Source of the DNA: an uncultured Prevotellaceae bacterium
Lineage (GTDB): Bacteria; Bacteroidota; Bacteroidia; Bacteroidales; Muribaculaceae
Assembly: GCA_900317325.1 (NCBI GenBank)
Contig: ONGE01000001.1
Coordinates: 161,891-225,890 of the forward strand
Reading direction: 5' to 3'
Length of the DNA stretch: 64,000 nt
Below the pieces are notes generated by a model. It did not search any database. It saw nothing but the letters and a program-made list of their open reading frames with translations, and was not told where the DNA came from. Positions 56,766 through 64,000 of this stretch are shown piece after piece. Position 1 is the stretch's first letter. Every line of letters starts with the position of its first letter. Both the position numbers and the translations under genes were made by a program.

Positions 56766-57334
56766 CGTTGAGCCTCCTTTCCGATGGCAAGTGCCTTGAG
56801 GTTGGCATCCACTACAGCGTCACCCTTGCGGCCAAAGACGCGGCGGATGGCATTCTCCAGCTTGTCATACTCGATACCGAGGGCCTTCTGAGCGGCACCC
56901 AGCAGGATGACATTAGCCGAACGGGGAATCTCGTTATCCTTAGCCAACTGCTCGATGTCGAGCGTGATGACGTTCTTCACCTTGGCAAGGTCGGCCATCA
57001 CGGTATCAATTTCGGGGTAGTTGGTGATGTTCACAAAGGGCTTGCTCGAGGTGATGATCCAGCCCTCCTTGCTCAGGAAAGGCAGATAGCGCAGGGCCTC
57101 CATCGGCTCCATCGAGATGATCACGTCGGCCGAGCCTTTGGCGATCAGGTCGCTGTGGATGGGGTTGCTGCTGATGCGCAGGTTGGACTGCACGTCACCG
57201 CCACGCTGCGACATGCCGTGAACCTCGGCCTGCTTGATATAAAGATTCTCGTGCATGGCTGCTTCGCCAATCACGGTAGCGATGGAGAGGATGCCTTGTC
57301 CTCCCACGCCGCACAAAATGATATCGGTTTTCAT
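56762..57334 (-). CDS. iorB: Indolepyruvate:ferredoxin oxidoreductase beta subunit
   Basis: MKTDIILCGVGGQG, EVHGMSQRGGDV, EPMEALRY, NVILLGA. Confidence 0.95.
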   Translation of the reverse strand: MKTDIILCGVGGQGILSIATVIGEAAMHENLYIKQAEVHGMSQRGGDVQSNLRISSNPIHSDLIAKGSADVIISMEPMEALRYLPFLSKEGWIITSSKPFVNITNYPEIDTVMADLAKVKNVITLDIEQLAKDNEIPRSANVILLGAAQKALGIEYDKLENAIRRVFGRKGDAVVDANLKALAIGKEAQR

Positions 57335-58941
57335 TGCTTTGCCTCCTGTGCTTTCTTTTGTTTGAGATGACGTTGTAATGTTTGCATGCACTCGCGGCGC
57401 GGGATAATCACGCTGGTGCCGCGGTAGTTGATCTCGTCACGCATCACTTGCGTGATCTCGGGCATGTTCTTGGGCAGGGGAACAACCACCTTGAGGTGCT
57501 CGTCGGTCATACCCAAGCCACGGCAGATGGCCTCAAACTTGTTGGTACCTGCCGAGTCCTGACCACCCGTCATACCGGTGGTGAGGTTGTCGCTGATGAT
57601 GACGGTGATGTTGGCGTTCTCGTTGATGGCATCGAGCAGACCCGTCATACCCGAGTGGGTGAAGGTCGAGTCGCCGATGATGGCAACGGCGGGCCACTGA
57701 CCGGCATCGGCGGCACCCTTGGCCATAGTGATGCTGGCACCCATGTCAACACACGAGTGGATAGCCTTGAACGGGGGCATGAAGCCCAGTGTGTAGCAAC
57801 CGATGTCGCCAAATACGCGGGCATTGGGATACTCCTTCAACACCTCGTTCAGGGCAGTGTAAACGTCGCGGTGGCCGCAACCCTGGCACAATGCAGGGGG
57901 ACGCGGAGCCACGTTCTCGCAGCTGGGATAGCCTTCGCTCACGGGCAGACCCAGGGCCTGCTTCAAGGCGTCGGGGCTCAACTCGCCCGTGCGGGGCAGT
58001 TCGCCGGTAAGACGGCCCTTGATGACGGCATTGCCGGGCATCACGCCACGCACCAGATCCTCGACGAAGGGCTGGCCTTCCTCGGCGATGAGCACGGCGT
58101 CACAGTCGGCGGTCATGCGGCGGATGAGCTCCTTGGGCATGGGATACTGGCTGATCTTGAGCACGGGATAGGGGCAACCGTCGGGGTAGCACTCCATCAG
58201 GTAGTTGTAGGCAATACCTGTGGCGATGACACCCAGCGAGTGGTCGGCACCGTCGATGTACTTGTTGTACTCGCTCTTGACGGCACGGTCCTCAAGGTCG
58301 GCCTGCTGGCCTGTTACCGTGATGTTGCGCTTGATGGCGTTGCCAGGGAGCAATACCCAGTGGCTGGCCTTGGCGTCATAGTTCAATTCGTTCTCGGCAC
58401 GCGGTGTCTCTTTCACCTCGACCACGGCACGGCTGTGGGCCATGCGGGTGGTCACGCGCATGAGCACGGGGAGGCATACCTCCTCGCTCAGTTCGTAGGC
58501 CTTCTCCATCATGTCGTAGGCCTCCTGCTGAGTGCTGGGCTCCAGCGTGGGAATCATCGCGAACTTGCCATAGAAGCGGCTGTCCTGCTCGTCCTGCGAG
58601 GAGTGCATCGAGGGGTCATCGGCCACGAGGACCACCAGACCGCCGTTCACACCCGTCATGCCTGAGTTAACGAACGGGTCGGCGCACACGTTCAAGCCCA
58701 CATGCTTCATGCAGACCAGCGCACGCTTGCCCATGAAGGACATACCCAGGGCAGCCTCCATAGCCGTCTTTTCGTTGGTACACCAGCGGCGATGAACGTT
58801 GCGTTCCACCGCTAACTTGGAATTCTGAATGTACTCCGTGATCTCGGTCGAAGGAGTACCCGGATAGGCATACACGCCGCTCAGACCCGCGTCAAGCGCG
58901 CCCTGGGCGATAGCCTCATCACCTAAGAGTAACTTTCTCAT
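57331..58941 (-). CDS. iorA: Indolepyruvate:ferredoxin oxidoreductase alpha subunit
   Basis: LLLGDEAIA, YPGTPSTE, KHVGLN, DDPSMHSSQ, LCQGCGHR, GDIGCYTL, IGDSTF.HSG, DN.TT.MTG.Q. Confidence 0.95.
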   Translation of the reverse strand: MRKLLLGDEAIAQGALDAGLSGVYAYPGTPSTEITEYIQNSKLAVERNVHRRWCTNEKTAMEAALGMSFMGKRALVCMKHVGLNVCADPFVNSGMTGVNGGLVVLVADDPSMHSSQDEQDSRFYGKFAMIPTLEPSTQQEAYDMMEKAYELSEEVCLPVLMRVTTRMAHSRAVVEVKETPRAENELNYDAKASHWVLLPGNAIKRNITVTGQQADLEDRAVKSEYNKYIDGADHSLGVIATGIAYNYLMECYPDGCPYPVLKISQYPMPKELIRRMTADCDAVLIAEEGQPFVEDLVRGVMPGNAVIKGRLTGELPRTGELSPDALKQALGLPVSEGYPSCENVAPRPPALCQGCGHRDVYTALNEVLKEYPNARVFGDIGCYTLGFMPPFKAIHSCVDMGASITMAKGAADAGQWPAVAIIGDSTFTHSGMTGLLDAINENANITVIISDNLTTGMTGGQDSAGTNKFEAICRGLGMTDEHLKVVVPLPKNMPEITQVMRDEINYRGTSVIIPRRECMQTLQRHLKQKKAQEAKQ

Positions 58942-59065
58942 TATTATAAGGTTTAACTAGTATTGTTTCAATAAATTAGGTGTATTAGAAGTAAATTTCA
59001 ACTCACAAAGTTACACATTAATCTATACCCCACAAAATTTTTAAGCATTTTTGACCATTATAATG

Positions 59066-59099
59066 GGAAAAGGGGGCAAAATCACTGCCCCCCCTTTCC
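59066..59099 (-). terminator. Terminator-like hairpin downstream of the MalY-type gene
   Basis: GGAAAAGGGGGCA / TGCCCCCCCTTTCC stem. Confidence 0.55.
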
Positions 59100-59124
59100 A
59101 CTATTGAATTGATGTCTGATGGGA

Positions 59125-60312
59125 TTATTTCAGTGCATTGACGGCGGCCTCGAGTTGATGCATGGCCTGTTCGAGGCGCCCGCGTGGAGTTCCCACATTC
59201 AGTCGCATGTGGCAATAGCCGGGAACACCATAAATTTCACCATTATTGAGAGCAAGATGTGCATCTTCGGCAAAGAAACGCACCAGTTCGGCATGATCAA
59301 GCCCTAATCGTCTGCAGTCGAGCCACATCAGGAACGATGCTTGCGGCTTGATGGCATAGATGCTGGGGATGTGTTCTTTGCAGTATTGAGCAACATAGAG
59401 AACATTCTGCTCGATATATTGCTTGCAGGCCTCGAGCCAAGGCTCACCAAGACGATAACCCACCTCGGTGGCGAGCAGTGCCGTGATATTGGCATTGCAC
59501 AACTCGTTCACCTCTACCCAACGATAGAATTCCTGACGCAATTCCGGGTTCTTGATGACCAGCCAAGTGCTTTTTACACCTGGAATGTTGAATGTCTTTC
59601 CAGGTGACCCGCAGGTAATGGTCACAGCTGCTGCATCCTCGCTCACTGTCGCCAGCGGGATGTGCTTGTGTCCAAAGAGTGTCATGTCGCCGAACACCTC
59701 ATCGCTGAAGATGATCACATTGTGCTTGCGAGCCAGTGCGGCAACTTGTTGGAGTTCTTCTTTCTTCCACACGATGCCTATAGGATTCTGAGGGTTGCAA
59801 ACGATCATGAGTCGCGGTTTCTGCTCAATGAAAACACGCTCCAAGTCGTCAAGGTCCATTCGATAGAAATGGTCACCAGTGGGTACAAGGTTGTTACGCA
59901 CCGCTAATCGACGGTTCCCTTCAATGACATCCTTGAAGTCGTAGTACACAGGCTCCTGCAACACCACGCGATCACCGGGATTGGTGTAAAAGTTGAGGAC
60001 CATGCCCAGGGCAGGCATTCCACCATGCATGAATGTCATCTCTTCTCGACTGATTTCAAAGCCGTTGCGACGACGTTGCCAGTCGATAATCGATTGCCAA
60101 TACTCGTCATACGGAAGCGTGTAACCGTAAATGGGATGGTCACCGAAACGCGATACCAGTGCATTACTGATTTCGGGACACACAGGGAAATCCATGTCAG
60201 CAATCCACAAGGGGAGCAAATCGTGACGTCCAAAGAGCTCATCCAACATGTCAACTTTTTTACAGTGGGTGCCACGTCGGTCAATGCATTCGTCAAAATT
60301 ATACTTTGGCAT
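59125..60312 (-). CDS. MalY/PatB family cystathionine beta-lyase
   Basis: LPLWIADMDF, HPIYGY, CNPQNPIG, SDEVFGD, SPGKTFNI, SFLMWLD, RLNVG. Confidence 0.92.
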   Translation of the reverse strand: MPKYNFDECIDRRGTHCKKVDMLDELFGRHDLLPLWIADMDFPVCPEISNALVSRFGDHPIYGYTLPYDEYWQSIIDWQRRRNGFEISREEMTFMHGGMPALGMVLNFYTNPGDRVVLQEPVYYDFKDVIEGNRRLAVRNNLVPTGDHFYRMDLDDLERVFIEQKPRLMIVCNPQNPIGIVWKKEELQQVAALARKHNVIIFSDEVFGDMTLFGHKHIPLATVSEDAAAVTITCGSPGKTFNIPGVKSTWLVIKNPELRQEFYRWVEVNELCNANITALLATEVGYRLGEPWLEACKQYIEQNVLYVAQYCKEHIPSIYAIKPQASFLMWLDCRRLGLDHAELVRFFAEDAHLALNNGEIYGVPGYCHMRLNVGTPRGRLEQAMHQLEAAVNALK

Positions 60313-60417
60313 TAGAATCGTTTTTTGATTTAAGGAACAATGTTCATAATTCTAGCGGCAAATGTAGAGTATTTTTCTGAATTATGATTAATTTTGCAGA
60401 CCTTATTTCATATTGTG

Positions 60418-61242
60418 ATGAATCAGACAATCCATTTTATCAAGATGCATGGTGTGGGAAATGACTACATATTTGTGGACACATCCCAATATCCGATAGA
60501 GGACCCCGAGGCGGTAGCCATTGCCTGGAGCCGTTACCACTTTGGCATCGGCAGCGACGGTCTGGTGCTTATCGGCAAGTCCCCGACCCCTGATGCCGAC
60601 TTCACGATGCGCATTTTCAACGCCGACGGCTCCGAAGGGCTCATGTGCGGCAACGCCAGCCGTTGCATCGGCAAGTTAGTGTACGAGCGTGGCATGACCG
60701 ACAAGCGCCAAATCCGGCTGATGACGGCATCAGGCATCAAAACGCTCGACCTGAAGGTGGGCGACGACAACACGGTAGAGAGCGTCACAGTGGACATGCT
60801 GGCACCTGCACTGGAAGATCAGCGGCTGTTCCTGACTGACGGCGAAGCCCTGCCCGACGGTGTTTTTGTCTCGATGGGCAACCCGCATTATGTCATCTTT
60901 GTGGATGATATCGAAGCCGTGGATGTGGCGCGCGAGGGCTCACGCCTCGAGCACCATCCGCGATTCCCCGAGCGCTGCAACATCGATTTTGCCCAAGTCA
61001 GGGAGGACGGTATCCGCATGCGCGTGTGGGAACGCGGCAGCGGCATCACCATGGCTTGCGGCACAGGCGCCTGCGCCACCGCCGTGGCTGCGGCTGTCAC
61101 CGGGCGCTGCGGTCGTCAATCACACCTCATCATGGACGGCGGCACCCTCGACGTCGACTGGCGCGAAGCCGACGGCCACGTTTACCTGAGCGGCCCCGCA
61201 ACCATCGCCTTTGAAGGCACGGCCAAGTTGCCCACCCGGTAA
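60418..61242 (+). CDS. dapF: Diaminopimelate epimerase
   Basis: [51 protein letters not shown]. Confidence 0.96.
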   Translation: MNQTIHFIKMHGVGNDYIFVDTSQYPIEDPEAVAIAWSRYHFGIGSDGLVLIGKSPTPDADFTMRIFNADGSEGLMCGNASRCIGKLVYERGMTDKRQIRLMTASGIKTLDLKVGDDNTVESVTVDMLAPALEDQRLFLTDGEALPDGVFVSMGNPHYVIFVDDIEAVDVAREGSRLEHHPRFPERCNIDFAQVREDGIRMRVWERGSGITMACGTGACATAVAAAVTGRCGRQSHLIMDGGTLDVDWREADGHVYLSGPATIAFEGTAKLPTR

Positions 61243-61334
61243 TTGAGTCCTAAGCCACTCAGCACTTTTTCAACTATCGTTGAACTGCAGTTGTGGGTTA
61301 TAGGAATTTTGATTACCTTTGCCGCGTTGCGGCT

Positions 61335-61401
61335 AAGGTCGGCTGCACCTCGGGAATAGCCAAATAAATTTGGAATTCCCCTCGACTTGCACTACCTTTG
61401 C
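61335..61401 (+). repeat. 67-bp dispersed repeat, copy B, between two TACCTTTGC promoter boxes
   Basis: Homologous to 31643-31709; TACCTTTG at 61314-61321 and 61393-61400. Confidence 0.75.
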
Positions 61402-61476
61402 GGCCAAATTGAGAGAACATAAACCAAAGATTTGAGACGCGAGATTTTGCGTCTCTACAAAAACAAAAAATAAAAA

Positions 61477-63493
61477 ATGATTAACCAGCAATTACTGAAT
61501 CCTAAGAGTATTGTCGTCATTGGCGGCAGCAACAACGAGCAGAAGCCCGGTGGCGCTATCGTGCGCAACCTCAAGCAGGGCGGTTTCAAACCCCAAGGAG
61601 GACGTGGTACAAGGCATTCAGGCCCACCACGACATGAAGGACCTGCCCAATGCCGACCTGGCCATCCTGGTCGTGGCAGCAAAGTACTGTCCTGAGTATG
61701 TTGACTACCTGACCGAGCACAAGGGCGTGCGCGCTTTCATCATCATCAGCGCCGGCTTCGGCGAGGAGACCCACGAGGGTGCCCTGCTCGAGCAGCACAT
61801 CCTGGACACCTGCGAGAAGTATGGTGCCGCGCTCATCGGCCCCAACTGCATCGGCCTGTTGACCACCAACCACCACAGCGTGTTCACGAAGGGAGCCGAC
61901 TTCATCAGCGGCTCGGGCGCTACCGCCGTGTTCATCATCGACTCGGGCGTCAGCAAGGGCTTGCAGTTCAACAGCGTTTGGTCCATCGGCAACGGCAAGC
62001 AGATCGGTATCGAGGACGTGCTGGAATACATGGACGAACACTTTGACCCCGAGCACGACTCCAAGGTCAAGTTGCTCTATATCGAGAACATCTCTCACCC
62101 CGAGCGCCTGCTCAAGCATGCCCGCTCACTCATCAGCAAGGGTTGCCGCATCGCCGCCGTCAAGTCGGGTTCGAGCGAGAGCGGTAGCCGCGCCGCATCC
62201 AGCCACACCGGTGCCATCGCATCGAGCGACACCGCTGTCGATGCCCTGTTCCGCAAGGCCGGCATCGTGCGCTGCTACTCGCGCGACCAGCTGACCACCA
62301 TAGGCTGCGTGCTCACCCTGCCCGAAATGACCGGCAAGAACGTCGCTATCGTCACCCATGCCGGCGGTCCCGGCGTGATGCTGACCGACGCCCTGAGCAA
62401 GGGTGGCATGAACGTGCCTCTGCTCGACGCCAAGATCGGCGAGGAGCTCAAGGCACAGCTCTATCCCGGCTCATCGGTAGCCAACCCCATCGACTTCCTG
62501 GCCACGGGTACTCCCGAGCACCTGGGCATCTGCATCGACTTCTGCGAGAAGCGCTACGACAACGTGGACGCCATCGTGGTCATCTTCGGCACACCGGGTC
62601 TGGTACCCTGCGACGATGCCTACGCCGTGCTGCATGAGAAGATGCTCACCTGCAAGAAACCCATCTTCCCCGTACTGCCGTGCTTGAACATCGCCGGCCG
62701 CGAGGTGAAGGAGTTCATCGACAAGGGTCATGTGAACTTCGCCGACGAAGTTGCCCTGGCCGAGGCGCTCATCCGCGTGAGCAACACGCCCAAGCCTGCC
62801 ACCGCCGACAACCTCTGCCCCGAGGTGGATGTCAAGGCCGTGCGTGCCATCATCGACGGCATCAAGGAGGACGGCTACATCGCTCCCGACGACGTGCGCG
62901 CCCTGTTGCAGGCTGCCGCTATCCCCGTCGTGCCCGAGAAGGTATCGGCCAACCGTGACGAACTCGTGGCCGCAGCGCGCGAGATGGGCTATCCCATCGT
63001 GGTCAAGGTCGTTGGCCCCGTGCACAAGAGCGACGTGGGCGGCGTGACGCTCAACGTCAAGGACGACGCCCAGCTCGAGGCCGAGTTCGACCGCATGATG
63101 CAGATTCCCGATGCCACCGCCGTGATGATCCAGAAGATGATCAGCGGCACCGAGCTCTTCATCGGCGCCAAGTTCGAGCCCACCTTCGGCCACAACGTGC
63201 TGTGCGGCTTGGGCGGCATCTTCGTCGAGGTGCTCAAGGACGTGCAGTTCGGTCTTGCACCCCTGTCGCAGCCCGAGGCCGAGCACATGGTGCGCTCCCT
63301 CAAGGGTTACAAGATCATCCAGGGTACCCGCGGCAAGCAAGGTCTTGACGAGGCCACCTATGTGAAGATCATCTGCCGTCTCTCGACCATGCTCCACTAC
63401 GCTCCCGAGATCAAGGAGATGGACATCAACCCGCTGCTGGCCGGTCCCGACCACGTCACCGCCGTTGATGCCCGCATCCGCGTCGAGAAGTAA
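61477..63493 (+). pseudogene. Acetate-CoA ligase (ADP-forming, fused alpha/beta) family gene with a frameshift
   Basis: The N-terminus MINQQLLNPKSIVVIGGSNN...GGF is in a different frame from NPKE...GPNCIG...SHTGA...NPIDFL...VHKSDVGGV...EMDINPL; junction at 61588/61589. Confidence 0.8.
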
Positions 63494-63509
63494 AATATCA
63501 CCACCAAGA

Positions 63510-63608
63510 CAGAGCCCTGGCCCACAGGACACCACGACTGCAGCCTGCCCAATACGGCAGCCCTCGCACGACGTGTCCCGTGGGCCGGGGCTCTGCCCCT
63601 TTTTTTTG
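63510..63608 (+). terminator. Long nested hairpin plus U-tract after the ligase gene
   Basis: CAGAGCCCTGGCCCACAGGACAC pairs with GTGTCCCGTGGGCCGGGGCTCTG around an inner CTGCC-CAATAC-GGCAG hairpin; T9 follows. Confidence 0.65.
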
Positions 63609-63754
63609 TTGTATAAATGCGGTGGCCGAGCGCCAATTCCAGTCTAGCATGTTGAAAAAACATTTTGATTTTTTTGCATTTTTCAAGTAAAATGTGTTAT
63701 TTTGCAACAATCAATTTAACCATTTATTATTAACAACTAAAACCTAATAGAATT

Positions 63755-64000
63755 ATGTGTGACGAGATTAACAATGGCTACGACATCGAAGGTGGTGAGC
63801 TGACATGCGACGCCCCCAAAATCAGTTGGGATTGGAATCCCGGTGATGTCGGACAGTATGGTGACGGTATCCTGACAATCACGGCCAAGGGTGACGGTTT
63901 CGTTATGATAGAGGCTGACGAGCGCATCCGCACCGGAGAAGATGAGGCCGTAATGATTATCAAGGCTGAGTATGGCCAGACAATCATTGCCGAGGCCTAC
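63755..64000 (+). CDS. Hypothetical protein, 3'-truncated by the window edge
   Basis: ATG at 63755 after an AT-rich leader; open to the end of the window (MCDEINNGYDIEGGELTCDAPKISWDWNPG...). Confidence 0.6.
   Translation, partial: MCDEINNGYDIEGGELTCDAPKISWDWNPGDVGQYGDGILTITAKGDGFVMIEADERIRTGEDEAVMIIKAEYGQTIIAEAY

Noticed and set aside
61580-61600. Programmed ribosomal frameshift at TTC AAA C
   Set aside because: A shift would not restore the residues that appear to be missing; deletion or assembly error fits better
61511-63493. 660-aa ORF as an intact ligase with a TTG start
   Set aside because: Its first 26 residues are an off-frame reading of the true N-terminus that starts at 61477
1-64000. 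tRNA, rRNA or riboswitch genes
   Set aside because: No cloverleaf, T-loop or rRNA signature recognised by eye; a tRNAscan-SE/Infernal run would be needed to exclude them fully

Overview
A 64-kb chromosomal segment of a Bacteroidales genome (inferred from TAnnTTTG promoters, the acpP-fabF-rnc operon, GC3-rich coding DNA and AT-rich spacers). Most of it is housekeeping: rnz, acpP-fabF-rnc, dnaB, M13 peptidase, TatD, polyprenyl synthase, ispH, cmk, phoH, menG, a Na/Pi-PhoB-PhoR-like module, MATE, CapD, two phospholipases, an RND pump, aminotransferase-iorAB, a MalY-type lyase and dapF. I found no tRNA, rRNA, CRISPR array, integrase or transposase. The most interesting element is a compact minus-strand module at 17.2-20.05 kb: an NrtR-type ADP-ribose-sensing repressor, a DUF6717-like protein and a vWA protein fused to a macrodomain-like (A1S_2505-type) domain. 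Four GT-N7-AC palindromic operators, in two pairs about 55 bp apart, appear to control it, and it contains no NAD-biosynthesis gene. Other leads: a four-member family of diverged small membrane proteins; a single-chain ABC-ATPase/TOPRIM (PARIS/OLD-like) gene; a 67-bp dispersed repeat carrying a promoter box (two copies); a candidate standalone sRNA; 7-nt-period stop-codon tracts; and an acetate-CoA ligase gene broken by a frameshift beside a possible aromatic amino acid fermentation cluster. All family assignments come from motif recognition and recall, not database searches.
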